A stretch of DNA of 64,000 nt, taken from positions 9,424,001 through 9,488,000 of the forward strand of contig JAGIQG010000040.1 in NCBI GenBank assembly GCA_024679065.1. Reading direction: 5' to 3'. The stretch is from Sphyrna mokarran. Its lineage: Eukaryota. Under the pieces are notes generated by a model. That model ran no database searches, was not told the origin of the DNA, and worked only from the letters and a program-made list of their open reading frames with translations. Positions within the stretch are counted from its first letter, which is position 1; the number at the start of each line of letters is the position of its first letter. Both the position numbers and the translations under genes were made by a program. Of this stretch, positions 1-12,984 are shown in pieces.

Positions 1-275
1 ACACTTGGAATTGGGCCGGTGTCTGCGGGAGTTTGCGCGTTCTCCCCGTGGTTGCGTGGGTTTTCTCCGGGCACTCTGGTTTCCTCCCACAACCCAAAAA
101 TTCGCCCTTAGGCTGATTGGGCAACAAATTGTCCCTATAGTGAGAGTCTTCCATATTAGGAATAACCTAAATCTATAATAGGATAATGGAATTGCTACTA
201 TATAGTTATGACGGCGGCGCGGGCTCGTTGGGCCGAAGGGCCTGTTTCCCGTGCTGTGTTGCTCATAAATCATAA
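1..275 (+). mobile_element. V-SINE (HE1-like), 5' truncated by the window edge
   Basis: V-domain gagtttgc..ttctccccgtg..tgcgtgggtt..ctccggg..ctc.ggtttcctcccaca and LINE-like tail gggccgaagggcctgttt. Confidence 0.85.
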
Positions 276-847
276 ATCTCCTCTGTTTAAAAAAAAACTT
301 GTGGGTTCGGATGCTCTCTTTTAGATGCCACTTTTCTGCACGTAAAGTTCCTTTTCAAAAACTGAGATGAATTCATTGGATAAAAGACAATCAGATCTGA
401 CTTCTGATTCCAAGCAAGTTCTTATTAACAGTTTAGCAACTGAAGAATATCTCAATCCTGACCTCAAGGAAAGTTTACACTTAATTTTTAAAATACAATT
501 TTGAAATCCACAAATTTAAAATATTACAATAAGCTATGTATCATACACGTGGCAGAGAAAAGTACACAAAGGACTGATGTACAAGGCTTTACAAGATTTT
601 CTTCACTATGCAGCTGCTCTTATAGTGCACTTCACTTGCTAAATGTTATGATGTTCTGTTAAAGCATACGCACATGCACAATACAAAATAATGTATCCAC
701 TCATTTAACTCTCCTCGATTTCTCTCACAGAGCAGCGAACACACTTGAAAGTTTGTATTTTAGAATTATATTCTGTGGGCAAAATTACATCTTGAATTTT
801 CATTCTTTTCTCCAAGTGATAATCGTCAGTCATTTCCGCCCTAATTA

Positions 848-1185
848 ATGGCATCACTGCAGCACAGTGTTTAGCATTGCTTCTTCACAGCTCCAAGGAC
901 ACGGATTCGATCTCCTGCTCGGGTCTCTCTCTGTGTGGAGTTTGCACGTGCCTCCCTTGTCTGCGTGCGTTTCCTTCGGGTGCTCCGTTTTTCTCCCACA
1001 GACGTGCGGGTTTTGTTGATTGAACTTGCTAAAATTGCTCCTCCCTGTCCTGAGATGCGTATGTTAGAGGCATTAACGTATAAATATGTAAGGATATGGG
1101 AATTACGCCTGGGTGGGATTGTGTTCAGTGCAGACTCTATGGGCCAAATGGCCTGTTTCGACACTATAGTGTTTCTATGATTCTA
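848..1185 (+). mobile_element. V-SINE
   Basis: tRNA-like head, V-domain, CR1-like tail. Confidence 0.85.
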
Positions 1186-1654
1186 ATATCGTTAATCCAC
1201 ATGTTATAAGTTATTTTATTCCTTAAAATTGAAACAGCGTTGCATGAAATACTGAGACCAGCAGCAATCTGTGTGACTGTTCTTGATGCTTTCAGAGCGA
1301 ATTCACCCTCGCAGGCAGGAAGACTGTTCATGATGATAACATCAAACTGGCCCGGGTGATTTTATTGTCAGGTAATACAACTTTCTGTTTCTCTGTTGTC
1401 GGTTCCAAACCGCACATCTCACTTCTGAGCCGAAAATAAATCTGGAGACGGCAATCTGGCAAGAACAAATGTCAATGCGGCCTACATCTGTCCACAGAGT
1501 GAAGGCAGAGTCACACAGATCACGTTGTGGTGACATTTACAAATGAACTTGAGCTCTGTTTACATTTTCCATTCCAGATATTAACTGGACAGTCATTGGA
1601 TCTGTCACTCAGCTCACCGGGGTTCCATTAAGGCAGGAAATAATAGCTTGTTAC

Positions 1655-2295
1655 ATAAGATCATAACATTATAAGAACGAGGAGTCGGAATAGGCCATCT
1701 GCCCCTTGAACGTATTGTGGCGTTCAACATGATCATGGCCGATCTCTTCATGGACTCAGCTCCACTTACCCGCCTGCACAGCATAACTCTTAATTTCTTT
1801 ACTATTCGGAAGTGTACCTATCCTTGTCTTGAAAACATAATGAGGTAGCATCAACTGCTTCACTGGACAGGGAATTCCACAGATTCATAACCCGTTGGGT
1901 GAAGAAATTCCTTTTTCAACTCAATCCTAAAACCGATGTCCCTTATTTTGAGGCTATGCCACTTAGTTCCAGTTTCACCTGTCAATGGAAGCAGCTTCCC
2001 TGTTTCTATCCTATCTATTCCCATCATAATTGTATGTGTTTCGATAAGATCTCCTCTTATTCTTCTCAATTCCATTGAGTATATCCCTATTATACTCAGT
2101 CTTTCTTCATGAGCCAAATTCTCAACTCCAGAATCAACTTAGCAAACCCCCTCTACACCTCTTTCAAGTTCCAGTATATCCTTTCTCAAGTAGGGAATCC
2201 AAAACTATACAAAGTACTCAGGTGTGGCCTCACTAGCACTTTATACAGTGGCAACATAACCGCTTTTAAACTTAATCGCTTTAACAATGAAGGAC
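1655..2295 (-). mobile_element. CR1-type LINE 3' fragment
   Basis: ORF2 C-terminal remnant EERL..LG.YS.E.RR.RGDLIET. Confidence 0.85.
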
Positions 2296-3255
2296 GCAAT
2301 TCTTCATATCTTTCATAATTATATCATTTTCGCTCTCTTTGTTTCTTTTCTGAGCTTTTTTTCAAATCTGCCCGCACCCTGTATTTCTTTCTCGTTTTAG
2401 TTATCCTATCTCTTCCTGTATCTCAATTCAGCTTCTAGTGTGTATATTTCCTAAGTGTTGAAAATCATGAAGTTAGGTGAGAGGTAATTAAATAAATACT
2501 TCTTTTTAACTGGGAGGGCGGTCTGTAATCAATTGGCACAGGGGGGGGGGCAGAAGGATATGTATATACTTTTACACAGCGAGTTGCTGTGAATTGGAAC
2601 GGACAGCTTGAAATGGTGATGAAATCAGACTGAACCGTGAGTTTGGAAAACAAATTAGGAAAATCCTTGATGGGGTTAAAATTTGAATAGTTCATCCAAA
2701 TAATTGTGCCAGCATCCTTTCTGGATCTACCTCTGTCGTGAATTGAGACTGAATAAAATGCAATCTTTATACAGCTGACATCTTGTACTGATTTTGTCTT
2801 TTGAAAGAATCTGCATGTTTGTACATGTCGATAAATAACAGGAAACATTCATAAATTAAATACTATTCACAAACGATCACTTTGAACAGAGTGTCAGTGT
2901 AACAATGACACACACAGGCTCCAATACAATCAGAGTGGAGATGGAGCACAAAGAAAACACAGCAAAACACTGACTTACTCTGAGTGTAACATAAACAGTG
3001 TTTGTTCAAATAATGAGTTACATTGCAGTATGTTAATGACCACAAAATTAGATCCAATTTAATGATAATACAATCAGTATCCAGTGCACCGTAACCAAAG
3101 TTTAGGTTTCATTTGATAGGTTGAGTGAGTCATGGTCTATTGAAATAATGTTTTTAAATTCCAGTGTGTGTTACTCTGCCACTGTCATTATCAAACAATA
3201 ACCTCTCTGTTACTCCAATTCTGCCGTATTTTACAATGTCAATGGTAGTCGTGAC

Positions 3256-3409
3256 GTAGAGATGCCGGCATTGGACTGGGGTAAACACAGTAAGAATTCT
3301 CACAACACCAGGTTTAAATTGAACCAGTTTATTTGATAGTAATCCCACAAACTTTACTATTGAATAAACAGTTTGGACTTAAACCCGGTGTTGTGAGACT
3401 TCTTACTGT
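3256..3409. mobile_element. Palindromic Penelope-like terminal remnant
   Basis: Inverted repeat acagtaagaattctcacaacaccagg (3287) ... ccggtgttgtgagacttcttactgt (3409). Confidence 0.6.
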
Positions 3410-4166
3410 ATTTTACAGCTGCAGTTCCTGTATTTTACAACTGGGGCTGATTGGAGTCTGGTATAATAATAATCACAAAGGTCGGTTACAGTATCACTGA
3501 GGTCATTTGAACTGCAGGTAATCTGACCGTAAGGGAGACAAGAGGCCCAACAAACAATCGATTATAATAGGAGGACAAAATGTAAAGGAGCAATGATATT
3601 TTAAGGTGTCTGTGTTATGTTGAATGTCACTGGGAAGTGAGTGATAAAATAGAAGTGGAAACATCATAATAGAAACACATGTGACTGACTCAACCTAAAA
3701 CAGAGCTGTTATATTTGTGGTGAGAATAATAAGGACATGAGGATCTCCTGAGATTTCTGATATCTGAAGTGTATCTGTTAGAGGAACTGAAAATAATGAG
3801 TTCCTTCTCATGGTTATTTGCAGTTCTCAAGTTACACAGACACAGGAAACAGATCTGACAGCTCACCAAACCCAATGGTTTAATCTTCTGTTGCAGACAC
3901 TTAGTGACTGAAAAGATGAAACATTAAAACCTTAGGGAAGAAACATTCAAAATGTCAAAAAGATAAGTGAATTATCTAATTAATCCCATTCACCATAACT
4001 TAGTCAATATTTATCCAATTTCCTTTTAAAGTTACTATTAAACCTGCTTTTTAGCACCTGTCAGACTGTGATTTCAGATCATTTTATTGTGTAAAAAAAT
4101 CTCCTTATCACCCCCTTCAATTCTGTTGTCAATTATATTAAATCTCTGTGTCCTCTGCTTGAGGTC

Positions 4167-5012
4167 TAGATTGTAATAACTGAGAGAGATTTAGGGCAGC
4201 GATTCTTGATATAAGGCCAAGACTGTAATAACTGAGAGAGATTTAGGGCAGAGATTACTGATACAAGGGCCCAGATTGTAATAACTGAAAGAAGTTTAGG
4301 GCAGAGATTACTGATACAAGGTCCAGATTGTAATAACTGAGAGAGGTTTAGGACAGAGATTACTGATACAAGGGCCCAGATTGTAATAACTGAAAGAAGT
4401 TTAGGGCAGAGATTACTGATACAAGGTCCAGATTGTAATAACTGAGAGAGGTTTAGGGTAGAGATTACTGATACAAGGCACAGATTGTAATAACTGAGAG
4501 AGGTTTAGGGTAGAGATTACTGATACAAGGCAGAGATTGTAATAACTGAGAGAGGTTTAGGACAGAGATTACTGATACAAGGCACAGATTGTAATAACTG
4601 AGAGAGGTTTAGGGCAGAGATTACTGATACAAGGCCAAGAATGTAATAACTGAGGGAGGTTCAAAGAATACTGATACTAGGCTCAGACTGCAATAACTGA
4701 GAGAGGTTTAGGGCAGAGATTACTGATACATGGTCCAGATTGTAATAACTGAGAGAGGTTTAGGACAGAGATTACTGATACAAAGCCCAGATTGTAATAA
4801 CTGAGAGAGGTTTAGGGCAGAGTTTACTGATAGAAGGTCCAGATTGTAATAACTGAGAGAGGTTTAGGACAGAGATTACTGATACAAGACACAGATTGTA
4901 ATAACTGAGAGAGGTTTAAGGCAGAGGTTACTGATACAAGGCCCAGATTGTAATAATGGGAGAGGTTTAGGGCAGAGTCTACTGGTACAAGGCCCAGATT
5001 GTAATAACTGAG
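4167..5012 (+). repeat. Minisatellite, 52-bp unit, about 16 copies
   Basis: Unit cagattgtaataactgagagaggtttagggcagagattactgatacaaggc(c/a); period 4481 to 4533. Confidence 0.95.
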
Positions 5013-5259
5013 TGGGCTCCCCTTCTTCACATCAGTTTGTGGTGTGAGCTTTTGTTTCTTGGTTATATTGGGAGTCAGTGGCAATGCCCAATTTCTGGTT
5101 AAATGACTTTTAACCTTGGACTGCACCATTGTTTTAATGTAGACCTGGACTATGACCATCATTGAGATTTATCTGAACATGTCAACAAATATCCCATTAT
5201 TTTCTGAATAAATTTCCCAAAATTTGCAAAGTCTCTATTTCTCATTTGTGTGTAAAATC

Positions 5260-5550
5260 CTTACAGTACAGAGGGAGGCCATTCTGTCCATCAAGTCTGC
5301 ACTAACCACAATCCCATCCATGCCCTGTTCCCGTATCTCACACATTTATTTTGAAATTCCCCCGTCACTAAAGCATGACCAATTGACCTATCCCGCACAT
5401 CTTTGAACAGTGGGAGGAAACTGGAGCACCCAGAGGAAACCCACACAGACATTGGAAAACGTGCAAACTCCACACAGTCACACGAGGCCAAAATTGAACA
5501 AAGTCCCTTTGAGGCAGCAGTGTTTGAGGAACCAGTGCGCCACAGCAGTG
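5260..5550 (-). mobile_element. V-SINE
   Basis: Reverse V-domain gtgggaggaaactggagcacccagaggaaacccac. Confidence 0.82.
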
Positions 5551-5589
5551 CCAGTATCTGGTGGTTGTTCACAGTTGGCGATGGGACAA

Positions 5590-6180
5590 TGTTAAATGGA
5601 CAGTTTAGGCAGATTGGATAACCATTTGGATTTCCAAAAGTGTTGCCAGGGCTGGGGAATTGTGGTGATGAGGAAAGATTGGATTGACAAGGTTTGTTTT
5701 CCTCAGAGCAGAGGAAGCTGAGGGGAAGTGAACTGAGGTGTCCAAAATTATGAGGGAGCCAAGACAAGGTGGATAGAAAAGGATTGTTTCCCCTGAGCAG
5801 AGAGAGGTCACTTATCGTGAGTGGGTCGGAATGGAGTGGGGGACGGGTGTGGGAGGGAGGGTGAGTGGGGGCTGCACAGATATAAAGTGATTGGTGGACA
5901 GATTAGGGGGGCATGAGGAAGAAGGTTCTCATTCAGGGGGTGGTGGCTGTCTGGAATTCGCTGCCTAAACTGAGAATTCAGACAGAAATTTCTCAGCTCA
6001 GTCACCTCACACACAGATCTAAAGCTGAATTGCTGGAAGCTGTAGAAAGCGGGGGGAGGGGGGATGTGGGTAGAGGCTGGATCGCTGGAAAGTGGGATTA
6101 GAATGAAGGACTAGTCTTTATTTCACAGCTGGTGATGATGTGAAGGGCTGAACGGCCTCCTTCTGTGCCACAATCTTTTC
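5590..6180 (+). mobile_element. Degenerate CR1-type LINE 3' fragment
   Basis: RGKLTEVSKIM and QGVVAVWNSLP remnants. Confidence 0.65.
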
Positions 6181-6514
6181 CCTGATTCCTGTTAGCCCTA
6201 TTGGCGGGCAGAATGGGGGAATGAGCTTCTTTCTAATTCATAACAAGAGCAAGAATGAGGGAAAATGTTGAGAAGCTGATTTTTTTTCTGATTTCCACGC
6301 CCCCCCCTCATCAAAGTGCGTTAGAAATCATCCTGCCACTCGCCCAACACCCCCCTCCAAATCTGTCCAATGTTCCCTCCAAACAAATTTGCCTGAATGG
6401 CAGCACATTAGCACAGTAGTCAGCACTGCAATTTCCTAGTGCTAAGGACCCGTGTTCAATTCCAGCCTCAGGTCATTGTCTGTGTGCGGTTTTCATTTCC
6501 CCCTATATAGCGTC

Positions 6515-7040
6515 ATATAGATTTACAGCAAGGAAACAGGCCCTTCAGCCCAACTGCTCTATGCTGCCCTTTTTTAAACCTCTAAGCTGATCCCAATTGA
6601 TTGTATTTAGCCCATATCCCTCCGTACTCATCACACCCATGTAACTGTCTAAATGCATTTCAAAAGACAAAATTGTACCCATCTCTGTGACTACATCTGG
6701 CAGCTTGTTCCAGCCACTCACCACCCTGTGTGTGAAAAAAATGCTCCTCTGGTCAATTTTATATCTTTCCTCTCCCATCTTAAACTTAGGCCCTCTAATT
6801 TTAGACTCCCCTAAATTTGGGAAAAGATATTGACTATCTAGCTGATGTGTGCCCCTCATTATTTTATAGACCTCTATAAGATCACCCCTCTGCCTCCTAA
6901 GCTCCTGTGAAATAAGCCCCAGTCTATCCAGCTTCTCCTTATAACTCAATCCATCAAGTCCCGATAGCATCCCAGTAAATCTTTTCTGCACTTTTCTAAA
7001 TTAATAATATCCTTTCTGTAATAGGGTGACCAGAATATCT
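6515..7040 (-). mobile_element. CR1-type LINE 3' fragment nested in a V-SINE (SINE halves ~6400-6510 and ~7045-7210)
   Basis: ORF 6545-6991: QKRFTGML.GL.GLSYKEKLDRLGL.S.E.RR.RGDLIEVYKIM...W..LP. Confidence 0.88.
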
Positions 7041-7259
7041 GTGGGGTCCGAAAGATGGGCAGGTTAGGTGGATTGACCATGCTAAATTCTCCCTTAATGT
7101 CCAAATATGTGAATGTTAGGGGGATTAGAGGGTAATGTAGGGTTAAGGGAATGGGGTAAAATGCTCTGTTGACGTAGACTTGATGCACTGTCGGGATTTT
7201 ATGATTTTAATGGGGGGGCGGGAGGAAGTCGTTTGATATCTGGGGAAGAGTGTTGCAAC

Positions 7260-7560
7260 ACATTGGCACGGTTATTAGCATTGCTGCCTCACAGTGTGAG
7301 GATCCCAAATTTGATTCCTAGCTTGGGTCACTATCTGTGTGGAGTTTGCACATCTCCCCATGTCTGCATGGTTTTCCTCCAGATGCTCTGGTTTCCTCCA
7401 GCAGTCCGACAGATGTGCTGGTTAGATGCATTGCCTAAGCTAAATTCTCCGTCAGTGTATCTGAACAGGAATGTGGCGACTGGGGAACTTTCACAGGAAT
7501 GGCATTGCAGTGTTAATGTAAGCTGACTTATTAGTGGCACCAATAAATAAACTTAAACTG
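7260..7560 (+). mobile_element. V-SINE variant
   Basis: tRNA head plus V-domain; different 3' tail ending aataaataaacttaaac. Confidence 0.78.
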
Positions 7561-7784
7561 CAGGTCTAGGTGCTGCTGTGACAATGCACCCTCTTGTTTA
7601 AACACTCTGAAATGTTGAGACTGGGGAGAGGAGTGAACAACAGGGAGCAGCATTGCAGCTTCTCTCCCACCATTGAAACTGGGATTGTTGCTCCATCTGC
7701 TGCACCATCCCCACCATATCCACTGGGGGGCAATCTGGACAATGGGCTGCAGGCAGACCTCACTGCGCCTGTGCCACAATCACT

Positions 7785-8520
7785 CAGAGCGGCGGCCATC
7801 TTGCGTTGCCAGGAGATACAGCCAGCGGCCATCTTGCGTTGCCAGGGGAGCCGGCCGGCGGCCATCTTGCGTTGCCAGGGAACACGGCGTCCCACGCGCT
7901 GCACTCTGGGGGAATTTCCACTGCCGCACATGCGCCCAGGCAGTTACATTTTAATCTTTTAATATTTTGAATCTTGATGATTATTATTCAGATCCTCACC
8001 CGTCAGATTTTCGTTTCCTTTTCTATTCGGGATTTTTTTTACAAATTCCGTTTTTTCACAATCACACCCGCGCGGTGCGCTCTGGGAAAATACTAATGCA
8101 CATCCGCGGTTCCGCACTTGCCTCTTTATAAAAATATGTATTTTATTTAATTTTATTTCCTCTCCCGGAGGGATTTCCAGATGGGAATTTCTCTCACTTT
8201 CTACACTTCTGAACCGTCGCTTTTTCCACGCCGGGGGGAGGGGCTGATGGTTACGTCACGACAACATGGCGGCTGGTCACGCCTCTCTACAGGCCCCGGA
8301 TGTTCCGCCAACGAGAAGCGGCCGGTGGGCGTGGGCAAGAGGTGACACTGGGCGGAGCAGCGCCCGGGCGTGTTACAGCGGCTCCTGGTGGTCAGGAACG
8401 TTAATAGCAGCAGCACAGTCTCTGCCGAAAGACTTCCCCAGTTCAGCTGCTCAGAGACACTGGGAACCGCTTCAACTGAGAACTTCAGCTCCTCACACTC
8501 ACCCGCCGTTTTCAGTCATT
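7785..8520. promoter_or_regulatory. CpG-island promoter with YY1, NF-kB, NRF1-like, CRE-like and ZNF143-like motifs
   Basis: CpG-rich; GCGGCCATCTTG x3 (7792, 7825, 7858); GGGAATTTCC 7910-7919; TTACGTCA ~8252; AACATGGCGGC ~8263. Confidence 0.7.
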
Positions 8521-8934
8521 GTTTAATATAAAAATCTCTTTGGTGAAATCAGAATCAACTTGTTAACATTAAAGGGGATGGGAATCCGAACCATTCTGCT
8601 CAAAAGGCTCTGCTTGCCTTGAAATTTCAATTGAAATGTTCAAGATGAGAATTTATAGATGCAAGTCATGTTGCATGTAGAACGCTCATGATGCCACAAT
8701 AAGATCAGTGCAGACATCTCACAGGGTTGTGTGACTGCAGGAGATGTCAGAGATGCGCGTTCATAAGAGAAAGGGAATAACCAACACACTACAGCAGCGC
8801 TGCCGGATCAAAGGAACTAAAGAGACTTGTATAGAATTGTAAACAGTGCGGTCATGCTGCAGGTTTTCAGAAATAGAATTTGATCATTGGACACAAACTG
8901 GTTTAGAATATATTTTACTGCTGCTGATACCTCA

Positions 8935-8955
8935 GTCTCTGTGGCGCAATTGGTC

Positions 8956-8991
<36 letters not shown>

Positions 8992-9008
8992 GAGACCACC
9001 CAGAGAAG
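8935..9008 (+). tRNA. tRNA-Asn(GTT)
   Basis: GTCTCTGTGGCGCAATTGGTCAGCGCGTTCGGCTGTTAACCGAAAGGTTGGTGGTTCGAGACCACCCAGAGAAG; first acceptor pair mismatched. Confidence 0.88.
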
Positions 9009-9386
9009 GAATGTTACTATTTTCTCACCATCAGCATTCACAGGCAAACAGTTGCCTCTTGCTAATGGGTCCGTGGGTGCCAATAAATAAAAAGCTGTCA
9101 ATTGTTCCTGGTTGTGCTGTTATCTAGTGTTACCAATATTATTTAATGACAATTGACTTCAAACGTATTACATATAACATTATACACATACTTCCATTAT
9201 ACCATTAAACTAAAAAAGATCATGTTCCAGCTAACAGGTGCTTTCATTGGCTCAAGCAGTCACTTCTGTGTAAAATAAACATGACAATTTGAAGGATAAA
9301 CTTTTATTTGGTGAATAAAGACAGGCACAAAGCAAAAGGCAGGTGGTTCAAGGGTAAATTAATGTTTTATACAATACACATCAGCT

Positions 9387-9458
9387 TCCCTGGTGGTTTA
9401 GTGGTTAGGATTCGGCGCTCTCACTGCCGCGGCCCGGGTTCGATTCCCGGTCAGGGAA
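9387..9458 (+). tRNA. tRNA-Glu(CTC)
   Basis: Near-consensus vertebrate tRNA-Glu, TCCCTGG...CAGGGAA. Confidence 0.9.
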
Positions 9459-9879
9459 TGTAGATTTATTGCTGTACAACAATCCTGCCTTACTTCCCGG
9501 TCTGTACCAGTTCTGTCAGAATCAGTGTTAGGGAGATTTCCTCTTCAGTATCTGAATTGGAAATGTCACATTTAAAGAACAAAGAAACAGACAGGGACAA
9601 GGGACAAAATGCTGATGATACAAAATGCGGATGATTATTGGAAGAAAGATGAAAATGATGTATTAATGAATGGGCAGAAATCATTGTTCCCTTAGATATT
9701 TGCGAGAAGAACGCGTTTCAATGTTGATGTTAAGGATAAGTCGGACAATCAGATTGAAAGTAACGGTTATCTTCCTGAATTCAGTGACATGGGCTCTCAG
9801 TCTAACCATCGGAACCTGCAGCAACACAGCGGAGTTGAACATTGCAGACAGGCAGATTTGCTCCACTGCTTTTCAGGCT

Positions 9880-9952
9880 GTTTCTGTAGTGTTGTGGTTA
9901 TCACATTCGCCTCACACGCAAAAAGTCCCCGGTTCGAAACCAGGCAGAAACA
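9880..9952 (+). tRNA. tRNA-Val(CAC), diverged, possibly pseudogene
   Basis: GTTTCTGTAGTG...CTCACAC...GGTTCGAAACC...CAGAAACA with several stem substitutions. Confidence 0.8.
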
Positions 9953-10937
9953 TTCATTAAACTTTCTCATGTCAGGTAAGGGAAAATTGCTTGACTTCAG
10001 TTTGTTGCTCAACATTATCGGAACTTCAGTGTTAAAAGCATGTTATCATTGCTCTGACATCACCCTCAAATACTTTCTGTGAAATAAGGTGCATTGACAA
10101 GAAACCTCGATTTTGACACCGAACATTTATTCGCAACTCGTTCAGTCTACAACAGAATTTAATGGGTTTATAGGTGCAGAGTCATATGGTTAATCATCAT
10201 CTGAAATATCTGATAGTAGTGTGTGCTCAAACAGACAGATACAAGTGATACTGTAAGTGAACTCGAGGAAATGGCGCGCATTTCACAGAAGAATATTTTT
10301 AAAATCGGTTTTCATCAGTAAGAAACAGGAAAAGCCACTCAGATAGATGAGGGAATCGAGACTCAGTGCGAATCTAGTGGATATTCCTGTAACGGACCGG
10401 AGTTTATGCGCCTGAATGTTTCACACCCATAATAAAAATAGGCTCTAGTGTCACTAACAGACAGTTCTTGATTTTCCTCCATTTAAATGTATTTGACTTT
10501 GTTTAAAAGTTGATGATATTCAATCCCAAAACTGTGATCTGTATTACCCGGTGATTCAATTCGTTCTGTTGGTCAGTTATGTTTTCAATTCAGTGATGTT
10601 CAATTTCAGAGATATTCAATCATAATGAAGACATGTGTGTTAAATAATGCAATGATACTAGATATTGAAATGAATAATGAGTACAATTGTACGATGAACT
10701 TTGATAAAGTTTCATCTGGAGTCGAAACGTCCGCCCTTTTCACTCCTTATAGGTGCTGTCAGACATTGTGAGATTTTGCACCATTTCCTCTTTTCCCATC
10801 CGCAGTAATTTGCTTTTATCACTGAGGACATTTGGTTGAGATTGTTTGAGAAAGTTAGAAATGATGCATTAACGAATAAGCAGAAATCATTGCTCTCTTA
10901 GAAATTTGAGAGATGGAAGCTCCCAATCTCTCAGCCA

Positions 10938-11010
10938 GCCGAAATAGCTGAGTTGGGAGAGCGTTAGACTGAAGACCTGAAGGTCCCTGGTTCAATCCCG
11001 GGTTTCAGCA
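10938..11010 (+). tRNA. tRNA-Phe(GAA), diverged
   Basis: GCCGAAATAGCTGAGTTGGGAGAGCGTTAGACTGAAGA...GGTTCAATCCCGGGTTTCAGCA. Confidence 0.82.
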
Positions 11011-12538
11011 GGATCTCCTTGCTGGTTTTCTGCACTATTGGCACTGCATTTTGTCTCGCACTGTCTTCAAACATTAATTCACGCAAACTGCAACAGACCA
11101 AATGCCCATCGCAATTTCCACCCGGCCAGATGTTGTTATATTTCCTCCTTGTTGGATTCCACTTCCTAAAAAGTTGTTCTATTTCTAAACATTTGCAATG
11201 TTAATGAAAGGTTAATGTTAATGTTAATGAATGCAGAAACGTCTGGACGTGCAGTCAAACGCTCCGCCCCAAACTATATTCCCTTAATACCAAGCCTCTG
11301 TTTTAGTCGCTCCTTTATCCTCTATCTCGCGGGGTCTGTGCTTGTGTTTGTTCCCCTGTGGTTACCCACATGAAGGGCGTGAACACGCCTTTTTACCATC
11401 ACAAACTCCATTCATTTACTTTATAAATCTTCATGTACAGAAGCTGGCAAAAAGTTTAAAAATGCGAGATGAAATGGACCTTTTCTGTTAGTTGTGAGTG
11501 TTTTTATGTTAGTTGAGTGCTTATTGAATAAGGTGCTGTACATTCCATTGTGGAAGGTCAAACATGTAACCATTCAACGGATTTACTCGGTATGATTTTG
11601 GGTTCCAGTTCCATACCTGCGATGACATCAATTCATGTCACTCACTGTGAACCCGATATTTCTAATAGATTGAATGTCTCAATATTTCTAAAACGTTGGA
11701 TGTTTAATCTAATTTACTTCATTTTATATTTCATTATTTCATCTCCAAGCAATTTCAGAGGCAAGTTTCTGTTTCAAAATTTTCTGTTGATATAGAACAT
11801 AAGTCACTCCTTCATCCAAGGTTAGACAGATTTATGATCTCTCCAGGAATCAATGGAAGCAGGGATTTGGAATTGGAACAAATGCTCAGCCACAAGTTCA
11901 TGTTTCGATTGTAATTGTTAAGTTTAACGGTATAATGAAAGCATGTATATAATGTTATATGAAGATATTTATCTTAGCTACTTATTTTTCAAAAACCATG
12001 TTGACTAAAAAATAACTGAAATACTTTCAGTCATTTAAAAACAAAGTTTCTTTTTTAAATGACAAATTTTCGTTAAAGTATTTGGTGAGTTTAAGCTACC
12101 TTCTAAACAGTTGGAAATTTCTCGAAAGAAATGGAAACATTATATTTTTTTTCAGAATGGTGAAAACGGTTTCTAAAAGAAGTTGATGAAATCTGTTGAA
12201 GAATTTCTTTTAAACATATTTAATTTTAAGAAGCAAAATACACAGATTTTTTTTTTTAAGTTGACACATTTCAGTTAAAACTGAGGGAGGAATTTTTTTG
12301 GAGTACGTTTTATTTTGAAAAGTTCAAATTAGCCAGAAGTTTCTGGTCTGTGATGCTGGGATTCTTGTCCGTTGGAGCGAAGGAGATTGAGGAGTGACTT
12401 AATTGAGGTGGACGAGATTAGGGCAAGTTTGGGGGGCGGCAATTTATAAGATTTGGGGCAAGGTGGGGCAACACACATGCACACACACTTACACACTCTC
12501 TCTCTGTCTCTCACATACGCTCACACACACACTTACAC

Positions 12539-12540
<2 letters not shown>

Positions 12541-12609
<69 letters not shown>
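12541..12609. repeat. Compound microsatellite (CT)20(CA)14
   Basis: Read directly from sequence. Confidence 0.95.
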
Positions 12610-12613
<4 letters not shown>

Positions 12614-12749
12614 TCAATAATTGCCAGGCTCGAGTCGAATTCTTATTGTGTGACACCATCCGCTTCTTTTCTTTTGCAACAGAGGAGTTAAAGAGCAGCG
12701 AAAACGCTGACGTTGCACGCATCATCTCTTCAAGAATCAATTCTTTTTT

Positions 12750-12978
12750 TTTTATTAAGCAACACAGCACGGGAAACAGGCCCTTCGGCCCAACGAGCCC
12801 GCGCCGCCATCATACCAAATACATTATCCTATTTTAATATTCCTATATAATAATATATATATTATTCCTAATATGGAAAATTTTCACCATAGGGACAATT
12901 TGTTACCCAATCAGCCTAAGAGCGAATTTTTGGGTTGTGGGAGGAAACCGGAGTGCCCGGAGAAAACCCACGCAACCA
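12750..12978 (-). mobile_element. V-SINE 3' part (same subfamily as 1-275)
   Basis: Reverse complement of the V-domain and tail. Confidence 0.82.
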
Positions 12979-12984
12979 ATCTCT

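Larger units (their letters stand above)
8861..10500 (+). repeat. Asn-Glu-Val tRNA module, direct-repeat copy 1
   Basis: Colinear, highly similar to 62371-64000 (both begin aggttttcagaaatagaatttgatcatt). Confidence 0.92.

Noticed and set aside
4167-5012. CRISPR-like array or telomeric array
   Set aside because: Eukaryotic context, contiguous tandem units with no unique spacers, and at most one TTAGGG per unit.
6545-6991. 148-aa ORF as a host gene
   Set aside because: It is the C-terminal end of a CR1 LINE ORF2, 5'-truncated and non-autonomous.
7566-7962. ORFs with WQRKMAA repeats
   Set aside because: They are translations of the triplicated YY1-motif DNA repeat; no domain or splice support.
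9490-10082. ORFs conserved between 9.5-10.1 kb and 63.0-63.5 kb as protein genes
   Set aside because: Their similarity is explained by recent duplication of a tRNA module; they overlap a tRNA gene and show no recognisable domain.
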